The translations under genes and the position numbers were made by a program. Shown one piece after another: positions 43,750-55,159 of a stretch of 64,000 bases of DNA. A model generated the notes under the pieces. That model did no database searches. It saw only the letters and a program-made list of their open reading frames with translations, and was not told the DNA's origin. The DNA lies in the NCBI GenBank assembly GCA_051530055.1, contig CM121343.1, positions 4,062,389-4,126,388 on the forward strand. The letters run 5' to 3'. Within the stretch, counting starts at the first letter, position 1; each line of letters starts with the position of its first letter. This stretch comes from Neoechinorhynchus agilis. Taxonomy: Eukaryota; Animalia; Acanthocephala.

Positions 43750-46700
43750 CTATGAAGAGAACATTGCTTGTACTTGAGTTTTAACTTCGGGTGTAAGTCC
43801 AAGAATAGCTTGTGCCCATGTTTCAGAGTCCACGGTTCTCTGAAGATCTTTGAACAATTCGATCATCATGTCACGTACTCGCTTATTCTGTGTCGATAAA
43901 ACTGCACTGCATAAAGAAGTCATATGAACACCTACGACGTTACCATTTAAGCGTACGGCTTTTAAGAGGCCCATTATTGCAAGGTCCTTCTCGTTTTCGC
44001 TTGATATCCGGTTCAGTGCCTTGCAAACGTTTTCGATGATTGTGTTCAAAATCGGCGAAATCAAGCTTGGCCATACATAGGCGATGTGTAAAATAGTTAT
44101 GGTGGTATTGTCGAATACGTGTTTTGATCTCGAATTCGTATTCAGGATTTGGACAATGGGACCAATGATTGAAGAAATCATTAGTTGAAGGTGAGCAGCG
44201 ACTTGATCCAACTCCGCTTGGCCAATATGTTTTACAATCTCACCCAGCGCCCACATAACGTTGTTACATACTGGGATGGACGAAGGCTGAGATTTAATAC
44301 AATCGCAACATATTTGAGTGACTGGTTGAAGGCAATGACAAAAGAGACCAAAGGCGTGCTTTACTAAATCGCCCAAGAGTGCAAACGAACTCTGCCGAAC
44401 GTCCGCACTTGAATGAGTTAATAGCCGAGGCATAAACTCAATAAGCCTTAAAGACCGAACTGAATCTTCGAGCACGCCGCCAATACTTCCAATAGCGCCT
44501 GTAATCGAACTGAGGAGATTCAAGGGGACAACAATATAATTCACTTCATCGCCATCTAGATGTGATTCAATAATTGATACACATCGATGTATGATCGGAG
44601 GAGCGTATTGGTTAAAGTGATCACGAAATGCAACAGCAACTACTCCTAAACATTCAAAAAGAGAGAATATCATTGGATCTGAATCTTGAACAGTGCGATA
44701 TTTCTCCATTAATGGTCGCATTATAGCGTGCTCAATTTGCGGATGACGAAGATCTTCAGAGAGACAATCACAAAATCCACTCAAAGTGTCGTACAAAATC
44801 AACAAATTGCGTGATTGATAAAGGCCAAAAGCTTCATTGATTGCCTTTAAAATCGGTTCCGCGAACATTGCTAGCATTGCTTTTGGCACATCGTCTTCTA
44901 AATTTGCTAATGTGGAACAAGCCGCCTCTTGAACTCTCTTGTTCTGATCTACCATTCTTATCAGTATCTTTTCAAGGACTCGGTCAATCATTTCACTTTC
45001 AGTAATTATCCAGTTCCCATACCTTCCAATAGTCCAACATGTGATAGATCTAACCAATGGTGCTTGATCGTCTGTAAATTTTAACAGGTAAGGAATTAAA
45101 CCAGGAAGGTGAGAATTTATCGAATCCATACAACCATTGGCTACCGCACCCAAGGCTAGAATTGCAGCCTCTTTAGTTATCCAATCACACTGTTCAGAGA
45201 GCATGCTTTGAACTGCTGGTAAGAGTGCGTTGAACAACCTGGATGAGAACATGTTGCTAAGCTGATCCAATGCTGCTGCTGCACATTTCCTTACGGTCCA
45301 GCTTAAGCCGTCACAACTCCGACCATGAAATTCGAAGTCTTCCCCAAAATTTTCTTCTTCGTCGGCTTCTTGGTTCCCTCTCTTGGAAACGAATGGCTGT
45401 ATATCATCCATTTTGTCCGGTTCATTTGTCGTAGCATTTACATCATGTAGTGTTGGGTCATCCTTTGAATACTTCATCTTCTCTAATAGGACAGGTACCA
45501 ATTGGTTAAGCATATCCTGGTTCATGAATTTAAGACAGTGAGGTACCGTTCCAAACACAATCCAAAACTCACAACACTCCAAAACCACGGAGTCGTCCGC
45601 ATCAGTAGTATGACGGAACACGCAGTTAAGAATCGATGGCATGAAGTGGGCTAAGTTTGGATCGCTGATTTCAACGATTGAGTAAAGTAATCTTATGACC
45701 AAAAGTCGGTTCTCTATTGAAGGAGATTCCGATAACCTTAACACATGATCAACGAGTTGAGTACTGCAATACTCGATCTCAACTGGACTAGTTGTAATAA
45801 TATTCAATAGAAGATCCAGTACAGCTCCTTGAACATCAACGTCATCAAAGGCAAGAAACTTTACACACCGTTCAAGTATAAGGCGTATGTCGCTCGATAT
45901 ATACGTTTGGTTTCATTTGCAGCAGCCGGTGTCGGGAAGAGCTGCAATTGCGACGGAAAATAAGAAAGCGGCAAAATACGTCCAATTAAGACATGACCAC
46001 GATTTCGTGCCATTCGCAGTTGTGACGTATGGGGCGCTAGGGGAGTCCACCTTCCTCAGATGATAAACATGGGAGTTTGGAGAGGAAAACCGGGGGATGG
46101 GGCGAGTCGTGATTGATGCACTGAGACTTTTCTAGAAAGATAACCATTGCCGCCCAGCGAATGACACTGGTGGCGAGATCGGTCGTGGTTGATGCAGTGA
46201 GACTTTCTCCAGATGATAAACATGGGAGTTCAGCGAGGAAAACCTCAGGATGCGGTGAGCCGTGATTGATGCAGTGAGACCTTCAGATGATAAACATGGG
46301 AGATCAGCGAAGGAAAACCGGGGGGCGAGGTCGGTCGTGATTGATGCAGTGAGACTTTCTCCAGATGATAAACATGGGAGTTCAGCGAGGAAAACCTCAG
46401 GATGCGGTGAGCCGTGATTGATGCAGTGAGACCTTCCTCAGATGATAAACATGGGAGATCAGCGAAGGAAAACCGGGGGGCGAGGTCATTCGTGATTGAT
46501 GCAGTGAGACTTTCTCCAGATGATAAACATGGGAGTTCAGCGAGGAAAACCTCAGGATGAGGTGAGCCGTGATTGATGCAGTGAGACCTTCTTCAGATGA
46601 TAAACATGGGAGATCAGCGAGGAAAACCGGGGGGCGAGATCGGTCGTGGTTGATGCAGTGAGACTTTCCTCAGATGATAAACATGGGAGATCAGCGAGGG

Positions 46701-48362
46701 AACCGGGGGATGGGGCGAGTCGTGATTGATGCACTGAGACTTTTCTAGAAAGATAACCATTGCCGCCCAGCGAATGACACTGGTGGCGAGATCGGTCGTG
46801 GTTGATGCAGTGAGACTTTCTTCAGATGATAAACATGGGAGATCAGCGAGGAAAACCTCAGGATGGGGCGAGTCGTGATTGATGCAGTGAGACTTTCTTC
46901 AGATGATAAACATGGGAGATCAGCGAGGAAAACCGGGGGGCGAGATCGGTCGTGGTTGATGCAGTGAGACTTTCTTCAGATGATAAACATGGGAGATCAG
47001 CGAGGGAACCGGAGGATGGGGCGAGTCGTGGTTGATGCTGCGAATGTAATTAAATTTATTTAATGACGTAGAATTATTTAAATTGGATTTGGAGCGATGT
47101 GTGTCGTAATTGATGCTGCGAATGTAATTAAATATTGAGACAATTCAAAATGACGCAAAAATACAAAATATCAGCGGAAATGAATTAATGTTGTTTGTTT
47201 TGCAGTATTGAGTGTACGGAAAGGGGGCCCAGAGGCCGTGTGGTGTGCGCGTTCACAATGCGCTCGATATGTCGCTGGTTCAACGCCACCGGTCGCTGGG
47301 TTCCACGGGTGTGCGAGGATGCTGAAAGGGGTGGGGTCAGGTTTTGAGATCGCCCATTGACCCCAAAGGGGATTGGCCCTGTCTCTTCGAGTGCGGCTGA
47401 GCGCCTCCGATGTGTGCGAGTTAGCCGAAAGGTTCCCAAAAAGATATGCAGCGTGATGCCATGAGTGTATGCGATTTACGATAAATAGGGGCCCAGTGGC
47501 CGTGTGGTGTGCGCGTTCACAATGCGCTCGATATGTCGAAGGTTCAACGCCACCGGTCGCTGGGTTCCACGGGTGTGCGAGGATGCTGAAAGGGGTGGGG
47601 TCAGGTTTTGAGATCGCCCATCGGCCCCAAAGGGGGTTGGCCCTGTTCCTTCGAGTGCGGCTAAGCGCCTCCGTTGTGCGCAAGTTAGTCGAAAGGCTCA
47701 AAAAAAAGGAATATAGCCGAAGCTGAGCAATTATTGGGACCGGAAAACGGCGGAAAACAAGAAAGCCCCAAAAACAGGATATGAAGGCGTATCTAACAAG
47801 ACTTTCAAACTTTAGAACAGCAAATGCGAATGAGATCAAACGTTTCACTAAATGAGCTAAAAGCTCCTTCAGTATCTTCGCATATGCATCTTAATGTATA
47901 CAAGGCTCCCTTGCATCCATTAACGTCCACGGATTTTCCAGTGGCACCTGCATCTACAAGATTCAAAAGCCTACTTAGAACCATTTGCCAACAATTAAAG
48001 TTGTCCGCGGAAACGACCTTTGAAATAATAACGCTTGCAGTGTTTCGTATCTGTTTCGTGGAATCTCTTAAACCGACCACAGCGGACTCAAGAATGATCC
48101 CTTTAACGTAAGGAGAAAACGACCGAAAAAATGAGCCAATTGTGTTTTTGACCATTATTCCGGCCATGGATCGAACTACGGGACTCTGATCGGTCATTTG
48201 AGAGAAAATCAACATAAGATAACATATAAACTCAGGATTTCCAGACAGCTTTTGTAGCTCCTCGCGCAATCGCCTTTGCACCTCATTATCGCCTAATTGG
48301 CTCTGCTCCAATAGTACCAAAACCCGTTTAAGCTCGTCTTCGTTCGGTTTCCAATCATCCAT
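43750..48362 (-). CDS. TNPO1: Transportin-1 (importin beta-2); exons 48362-47842 and about 45892-43750
   Basis: DWKPNEDEL..VL.LLEQSQ, RSMAGIMVKN, LECCEFW, acidic H8 loop, WTVRKCAAAALD, KEAAILALGAVANGC, LVRSITCWTIGRY, NKRVQEAACS, DVRQSSFALLGDL. Confidence 0.94.
45930..46050 (+). mobile_element. CRE-clade LINE fragment inside the TNPO1 intron
   Basis: RAAIATENKKAAKYVQLRHDHDFVPFAVVTYGALGES. Confidence 0.7.
46052..47037. repeat. Minisatellite, 13 units of about 77 bp with alternating variant segments
   Basis: cagatgataaacatgggag...ttgatgcagtgagac recurs; a variant unit occurs at about 46132 and 46744. Confidence 0.93.
47205..47700. repeat. GC-rich tandem duplication, 264-bp period, 2 copies
   Basis: gccgtgtggtgtgcgcgttcacaatg at 47235 and 47499. 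Confidence 0.9.
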
Positions 48363-49254
48363 TTCGTTTAAGACGTCAATTAAGTTCTAAAATAAAAACC
48401 AATCGATAATTGAACATGCAAAAATGCTTTTGGCTTCTATTAAAAGGGGATGTAAAGGCTGCACCGTCAGTTCTTCCGTACTTAATTTTTTTTATCATAC
48501 CTTTCTAAAACTCGTAAATTTAATAGCTGCTTCTTGGGGGGACGGCCTTTTTATAGTTGCATTTATAAAGAATTGCACTTAATTTGTTACTTTAAATTTT
48601 AATCTTTTCACGCAATGGAGGACGTCCTTTTTGAAAACTTTTTAACTGCAAATTAATACGTGATTACGTCATTCTTACAACAGTCCAAGAAATTCTTTGT
48701 CTTGCGAACGAATTAAATGACTTTTGAAGTTTCCATCGGTGTAAGACACCGCATTTAGTTTCTATCTTACGAAATATCCGATAACAATTTCAAATCCATC
48801 GGAACGGTCATAAAACGCTGGACGTACGCGGTTACAGTAAAATACGACAATGAAAAATATCCGAGGTCAAAAGTTCTGTATCTTTGTAAAGATGTTCATC
48901 ATTTTAACTTTTTTGCAGCCAATTATCAAATAATCGAATTTGATAATTCTTGGGCCTTCGCGTAGGCCTTCCTCAGTCTATTTCTCTTGTAAGTTTTTAA
49001 ATATTTATGTTAGTTCTGTATTTTCCATCATTTGTGGTCGACCCAAACGCTTCGATTTTCCCCTTCTTGCGGGATCCTCTAATTTATTCATGGCCGGTAT
49101 AGAATTCTTGTTATCATCTTACCTTTTTGTTGAATCTTTTCTCTGTCCAATAAATCAATAATCATTGAGGCGGGGTGATCTAAGTTTCCGAAAATATTAA
49201 TTCATTTATTTTTTAAAGACATCTTTTTTATTGAAATAAAAGCTAACATTCTAT

Positions 49255-49990
49255 GCCTAGCCGTCCTCGTCCTCAATTGTCGCTCGAATGCTTGCCGTGT
49301 TGCCTCTCAACACAGCGATGCTGATATTTTGAACCTTGCATCACCGGTTGTAACCTGAAGGCGTCGCTTCATATCCTTCAGAAGTTGAAGAGCCTAGCTA
49401 CCAAGAGATCCGTAGGTCTCAACCACAAAAGGCACAAACTCATGGGCTAAATCGAGGTATTTTGCCGTTTTCCGTCCTACCGCAGCGCTCACTGCACCTC
49501 CAGCTTGAACCATCGAGAACTTGAGATTGCTGGTCGCGAGTGTATCGACACAATTGGCGTCCCAGAGGAGGCATTTACCCTCCCGCCACGGAAATGCGGT
49601 CACCCCAAAGGTTGGCAAGTTCCAAAATATTGGGGGCATGTACCGCGTAACAAGTGCCCGGCTCCGCACCATGTTAATTTCGGAATGTCTTGCGAATCTA
49701 CCGGCTGATTTTCTACAGATGAGACCATGACGTCCCGACGAATCCATATTTGTACCGCAGCGGCAACGGTGGGGATGACACATCGATAGTCCCAGTCTCA
49801 TTGAAACTCCGACCCGTTCAGCCTCGTCGGAGAGTACCCTCGGATGCCAGCGAAACCGTGGATTCTCTAGTGGAGACTGCCAATAACCTGGCACGGACGG
49901 ACAACGCCGTCTTTTGAGTCTGATAAGAGAGAGCTTTGAACTCTTGCTACGAGAGGCCCACACAGATTGTTTTTGGTCATTCACAGGTAC
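49255..49990 (-). mobile_element. CRE-clade non-LTR retrotransposon, 5'-truncated, with zinc knuckle and restriction-like endonuclease
   Basis: RLGLSMCHPHRCRCG..D..G.HGLIC..SAGR..RH, PWREGKCLLWDA..VDTLA, KTAKY..L..EFVPFVVETYG, and terminal ISIAVLRGNTASI. Confidence 0.85.
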
Positions 49991-50559
49991 TTAACCGACG
50001 TTTTGGATGTATTTTCTGTATCTTCCATCATCTGTGGTCGGTCCAATTTTTGGCCATGATAAAATACTGAGTAAAATTTGCATAAATTAATAATCGGTAA
50101 ATACTCTTATCGATGGATATGGATAATCGTGTACATGGTTGTTTAGATCTCTCTTTTTAATAAAACATTTGCCTTAATCGATAAACGGATTGCATAAGCC
50201 GTTTAGACCAATGTCCTAAGTGAGAAGCATTTCAGCTCTGATGTGAGGATGATATTTCGTGATTGTATCAGATGCATTTTGGCTTCTCATTCGTTTCAGA
50301 AGTAAAATACTCATATCCCAAGACAATGTCCGAGCCAAGTGGGCAATGTAGGGCGTAAGTTGAGATATATCGCGACCGCATATGAACCAAATCTTTCTCA
50401 TTTTCGTTCAATAGGTGCAAATTACCCGACCTGACGCAGGATGATGAGACAAGCATATGTTTAAGGCGTCCTTTTCTTCGCCCCTCGACATTCGTGGTCA
50501 GTAGTGTTCTTCAGCGATAAGGCTGCTCATTGGAAGCTGCTCAAGTCACTTGTTGTCTC

Positions 50560-50735
50560 GGTCAGTATGAACAGAGGGCGTATCGAGAGGTTTTGTTAAG
50601 TGCATAATTGGATGCGCATGCCCGTTCCCCATATACTTTGAAGTCTATGGCACTGGATCAATGGCACGCACGAAGACGAGACGACGGAATGAGAAATTGT
50701 TCTGCTATGGGATGCCGAAAACGTGGGTCTGCTCG
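50560..50735 (+). mobile_element. Degenerate CRE fragment, opposite orientation
   Basis: IVLLWDAENV motif with frameshifts. Confidence 0.4.
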
Positions 50736-50989
50736 GTAACCCACGTTACATCGCCTTCATCCCCCAGCGGCCGTTGAGGATTTGGAGGTTACAGTGTAGC
50801 ATCGTGGTGCGGATTAGCTTTACTGAAGTTATTTTTACAACATTGAATAGACTCCTCGGAGTAGGCCCTTGGTTTCTCCTCGCTGCCACGCATGGGGCCA
50901 GTGTAGGATATTAATGATACTGGGGTTGCGGTTAACACTTCGGGATCCCAGTCATGTCTTGCAGGAGTTGGTTACGTAGCTACCACGTA

Positions 50990-51580
50990 CTACCTGATCT
51001 TGCTTTTAGGCAAGCCTTTTGAGGAAACCAAGGGTGAGTCCAAAACTGATTGTTTGCAACCATTGATGGGTACTTGCTCGCTGCCTGAATTTCCACACGA
51101 AAGATTAAGAGCCTCCTCGAAATCTTCATTCAAAGTGTCATTCTCGCCAAGAAAGGATTGAACTATTTTGTGTCTTGCTTCATACGATCCCAAATAAGCT
51201 GCCAGAGAAATATCGACTGTTTTTCGGATACCCAAACCGCCGGACGATACAGGCAAGGGCGCTTGACGCCAGGCCTCGTCCGACAGCTGAGTATTAAAAA
51301 AAAGTGAGAGGCTTTCACCGTCTCGTCTAATTTCGCCAGCTTATCCTTATGTCTAAAACAGGTGCTGTGCGCAGCTTATACAGCAATTTTGGAATGAAGA
51401 GGGTGTTCTTGATCAGGAATAGAGCCTCGTGTGAAGATAATTCATCAACTCGTTCGCACAGCACCGAAAGCTGCGGTTGAAGATTGGTAATCTCCGCTTC
51501 AACATTAGAACCAAAAATGCAGCTTGGCCTGGACGCCTCATCAACTTTCTCGAAAAAAAAGGCAACCGGCTGAGCCATGC
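50990..51580 (-). mobile_element. CRE-clade LINE fragment, region downstream of the RT core
   Basis: ERVDELSSHEALFLIKNTLFIPKLLYKLRTAP and PVSSGGLGIRKTVDISLAAYLGS. Confidence 0.8.
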
Positions 51581-51611
51581 ATAATATGTTAAAATCGAAA
51601 AGCTTATACTG

Positions 51612-51690
51612 TCCTAATGTGGCGAAGCTTGTACATTCCGCACTTTTGCCAAGGTGATCAAGTGGACTAAAGCTCCTGATCCCAGTTTGG
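51612..51690 (+). mobile_element. SINE-like element, 5' head only
   Basis: taatgtggcgaagcttgtacattcc...ggtgatcaagtggactaaagctcctgatccca. Confidence 0.7.
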
Positions 51691-51724
51691 ATTGTTTTTT
51701 GCTGAATAAATTGAAGTATTTACA

Positions 51725-51900
51725 AACATTCATGCCACCGCTCTGGAACATTTAAAGCTGCCTTCCTGGTGTAATGGTCGAAAGGAAGGACGTCTTAATC
51801 TCGTAGACAATTGTTTTACGAGGTCCTGTGCCGCGGTACCGAACGATCCGAGTGTCTCGACGCCAAAGGGAACGAAATAATGAGCTCGACCCAAGCCACC
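51725..51900 (-). mobile_element. CRE-clade LINE 3' fragment
   Basis: RAHYFVPFGVETLGSFGTAAQDLVKQLSTRL. Confidence 0.75.
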
Positions 51901-51971
51901 GATTTGCTTCAGGGAAGTGCATAAAATCATACTTAATATCCCAAATGTACAGTTATGAGTTTTTATTTAAC

Positions 51972-52160
51972 ACTCCGGATCCTCGGATACCTCCCCAAGA
52001 GGAGGTGGGACTCATCAGTGAGTTTCCTCTTGCCTTCAACGAGATATTTGGTTCCCCATTGGTTGTGCGCCATCAGCGGTAACGGATTCGAACCCTTTGA
52101 CCCACCAAACAAGTCCACTGGGCGACTTCGGCACAACTACGAAATGTACGAACTCATCCA
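51972..52160 (-). mobile_element. tRNA-derived SINE-like element, full length; catalytic strand intact, GAAA mutated to CAAA
   Basis: gtagttgtgccgaag..cccagtggact, gggttcgaatcc B box, aaactcactgatgagtcccacctcctc..gaggtatc. Confidence 0.85.
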
Positions 52161-52488
52161 GATTTAGCTAGCGGAATTATTTTTTATCTTATGTCTGAGA
52201 AGCCGGTTACATGTTTTTTTTCTAAATGTTGAAATAACCATCATGACACAGAATCTATTGTTGAAAAGATAATTCATTGTTATTTGTTGATAGGAGAGAT
52301 AAACGAAATTAAGATTTTATTGGATATTTCGATCAACTACCTCGGATCTTCATCAGCGATTGTTTGTAAGTCCGATAAAATCTTAATTTCATTTATCTCT
52401 CCTAAAAACATAATCTATTTCTACGTCACAAATCCGGAAGAATCAATACTTTGTAGTGTCATATGATGCATTTCATGGTCTTAGTGCA

Positions 52489-53054
52489 ATGTTCGACGCT
52501 TCTCGTATTTGCCGCGATGAGGACGTTTTGGAAGATAGCAGTGAAGATGATTGTTCCCAAGTGAAACGTTGTTTTGCAAAGTCAGCTATTGAATTGCAAA
52601 GAGCACGGTTACAAAGATTGATGTCCCGTCCGGATCAAGAGGTGGTTATTCCGGAGTTGAATGTCGACAAGAAGTTGCCTAGAGCATTTGAGCCCCATGA
52701 ATTCGTTCGAAATGTTATGGGTGCTAGTGCAGGTGCGGGAAGCGGAGAATTCGATATTTATCGAGGATGCAGACGTAGGGAAAGGATTCGACAGCAATTC
52801 ATATTTAGGCAGGAAAAGATGGTAATTATCACACTAACGGTAATTCATAACTGCTACAATCTGCATCATTTAGCGGCAATTGGATGAACAGTTCAAAGCC
52901 AAAGTGGACGCAGCTAGAGAGGTGTACGAGAAAAAGACTGAAAAAAAGAGGAAAAAGCGGTAAGTTTGAATATTTAAAGTCTTATTTAATAGAAAAGCGT
53001 TAATATAGACAGCGATTGAAAGAAAAGAAGAAGCAGAACAGGAATTGTAGTTAG
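52489..53054 (+). CDS. PRKRIP1: PRKR-interacting protein 1 (spliceosomal); 3 exons
   Basis: PHEFVRNVMGASAGAGSGEFDIYR..RRRE..R, KTEKKRKKR; two GT-AG introns of about 50 nt. Confidence 0.9.
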
Positions 53055-53213
53055 GGATGTTAAATAATATTATGATTCTTTCTCATCTAAGGTAGTATAA
53101 TGACAATAAAGCCATGTAGGCTCGGGTGGTTGTAACTGGGTGATGGTGGTCCCATACAATAAAAGCCTTCGTAATTCTGAGCTTCTTTATTCATTCTAAG
53201 ATTACAGATAGTG

Positions 53214-53932
53214 ATGGAGAAGCAAATGTCGTTTTGGTTGGAGCAGGAACCGACGATTTACGGTATGCTACAAGGGATGGTCGATGTAAATGAACCTGAT
53301 CTCCGGGGTAGTAAAGAGTTTATCGAGGATCTCGTAAAGGAAGGAATTCTAATAAAGGATACGGAAAAGGTAAAGCGGGTTTTCTGATTTGTTCAATGAC
53401 TACACAGGCATTTTCGCATGCCAGAAAATCGGCTTAAATTGATATTGGATCAGGAATCGGGAGAGTTGCCGTCCAAATTCTCCTAAGGTTTTTCAAACAA
53501 GTCGACCTACTTGACTGTAATCTGAAGTTTCTTGAACAAGCAAGGCTTAATATAAGTAACACCTTTGGTCCTGGTGCTATTGGACGCCTCATAAACCTAC
53601 CAATTCAAGCATTTAAGTGTGAACACGATAGGTATGATCTGGCATGGATTCAGTGGGTCAGTGGTTACATTGCGGATACTGATTTTGCATATCTTCTAAA
53701 GAATCAAATCGGGACAAAAATACCTCTTATTGTCATTAAGGACAACGTGTCTCGATCTAATCATGATTGGGTGGACGAATCTGATGGAGGCATCACTAGG
53801 TCCCTTGATAGTTACAAAAGAATATTTGCTGAAGCTGGATTCGAGGTTGCCAAAGAAACAATCCAAGAAGGACTTGATCCGTCAGTTGAGGAGGTTAGGA
53901 TGTTTGCATTGCGTAAACGTTCAATTGATTAA
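53214..53932 (+). CDS. NTMT1: Alpha-N-terminal protein methyltransferase; in-frame TAA at 53435-53437 (pseudogene or sequence error)
   Basis: FW...PTIYGMLQG, D..GS.EF, DIGSGIGRV, YDLAWIQWV.G, IVIKDN, MFALR; 38-nt intron. Confidence 0.85.
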
Positions 53933-54384
53933 ATACCATGTCTATGGAGAAACTTGCATGATTCCTGTCTTCATATTCTACAATTTTGAACGTTTCTTTA
54001 AACCAATTTTGAGTCATTTAACGATCCATGTAATCACTGAACAAGCTTTGTTGCTCTAAGCCGAACTTAATTCACAGATATAGAACGAACGTCGATTTTA
54101 AAAATTTATGCTCATTTCTCTTCCGTTCTCGCAAGTAGATTTATAACACGCGAAATTTACCGACTCCCTGTCACAATTATTGTTTAAGACTGGATTTAAA
54201 TTAACAGCAATTCAGTTTAAGACTGAATTCAGGTGTTATTTTTGTGTGAAAAACGTATTTAAGGCATCAATAATAAGCGATCTCGATTTTTTTCCACAAT
54301 AATAACACGTTTTATTGTTGATCAAAGTAGAGGAACTGTAATTCTGGAGCCTCGAGAATCAGTCAGCCATTTTGCGATCTTACT

Positions 54385-54440
54385 CGAACCCTTTGGCCCA
54401 AATAAGTCCACTGGACCACCTCGGCACAACTACGGAATGT
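54385..54440 (-). mobile_element. SINE-like element head (inverted)
   Basis: Reverse strand gtttgtacattccgtagttgtgccgaggtggtccagtggact..gggttcgag. Confidence 0.75.
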
Positions 54441-54592
54441 ACAAACTCAGCCAGATTCAAACCTTGAGGAAGTATTGAATTATTTTTATATTATGTCTGA
54501 GTAGCCAGTTACATTTTTCTCTCTAAGTGAAAGCCCCAACTTTGGTCAAAGGGCTCGAATCCGTTACCGTTCATGATGATGCACAACCAAAC

Positions 54593-54666
54593 GGGACGAA
54601 ATACCTCGTTGAAGGGAGGAGGAAACTCACTGATGAGTCCCACCTCCTCCTGGGGAGGTATTTGAG
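54593..54666 (+). ncRNA. Non-circularly permuted hammerhead ribozyme candidate, copy 1; predicted cleavage after 54662
   Basis: Stem II GGGAC 54593-597 / GTCCC 54637-641; GAA-A 54598-601; stem III TACCTC 54602-607 / GAGGTA 54655-660; U16.1 54661, H17 54662; stem I TGAG 54663-666 / CTCA 54626-629; CTGATGA 54630-636. Confidence 0.75.
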
Positions 54667-54808
54667 GAATGTACAAACTCAGCCAGATTTAAACCTTGAG
54701 GAAGTATTGAATTATTTTCATCTTATGTTACATTGTTCTCTCTAAGTGTTAGCCCCAACTTTGGTCAAAGGGTTCGAATCCGTTACCGCTGACGATGCAC
54801 AACCAAAG

Positions 54809-54882
54809 GGGACGAAATACCTCGTTGAAGGGAGGAGGAAACTCACTGATGAGTCCCACCTCCTCCTGGGGAGGTATCCGAG
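54809..54882 (+). ncRNA. Non-circularly permuted hammerhead ribozyme candidate, copy 2; AUC site, cleavage after 54878; first stem I pair mismatched
   Basis: Same elements: GGGAC 54809-813, GAAA 54814-817, CTGATGA 54846-852, GTCCC 54853-857, GAGGTA-T-C 54871-878. Confidence 0.7.
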
Positions 54883-55159
54883 GATCCGGAGGAATGTACA
54901 AACCCATAACCGTATTGTTCAGCAGGGTTTTAAGTGTGATTTTATACGCTTCCCTAGCTCAGATCGGTTGGCTGTGTGCCCAAGAATAATTATGAGCCGA
55001 TTTAAGATGGAGTCCCAATAAAGAATTTTTGATAAGCCTACTTTCTGTATTGAAGCATTATAAGTGAGATTAAAGAAATCAATTTTACGAAAATTGCGGT
55101 TATTGATTTGATGCTCTTCGCTTGATTTTGTAAATGCGTCTTTAATTATAAAAACACTT

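Larger units (their letters stand above)
54530..54903 (+). mobile_element. Two tandem SINE-like copies (216-bp period), each from the B box through the ribozyme region
   Basis: gg(c/t)tcgaatccgttacc...gggacgaaatacctc...ctgatgagtccc...gaggtat repeated. Confidence 0.88.

Noticed and set aside
46052-47037. 77-bp array as CRISPR-like or as a C/D snoRNA cluster
   Set aside because: Variable parts are reused variants, not unique spacers; no proper RUGAUGA/CUGA box pair
47171-47848. 225-aa minus-strand ORF as a gene or TNPO1 exon
   Set aside because: Produced by the GC-rich 264-bp duplication; no importin-beta similarity
52060-52145. SINE head as a genuine tRNA gene
   Set aside because: A and B boxes are present but the T-loop is oversized, the anticodon arm differs between copies, and it is fused to a constant 3' body
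53435-53437. Stop-codon reassignment (TAA as sense) in this genome
   Set aside because: TAA ends PRPF31, the ZnT1-like gene, the CK-like gene, NOP56 and NTMT1 at the expected positions, and long ORFs contain no in-frame TAA
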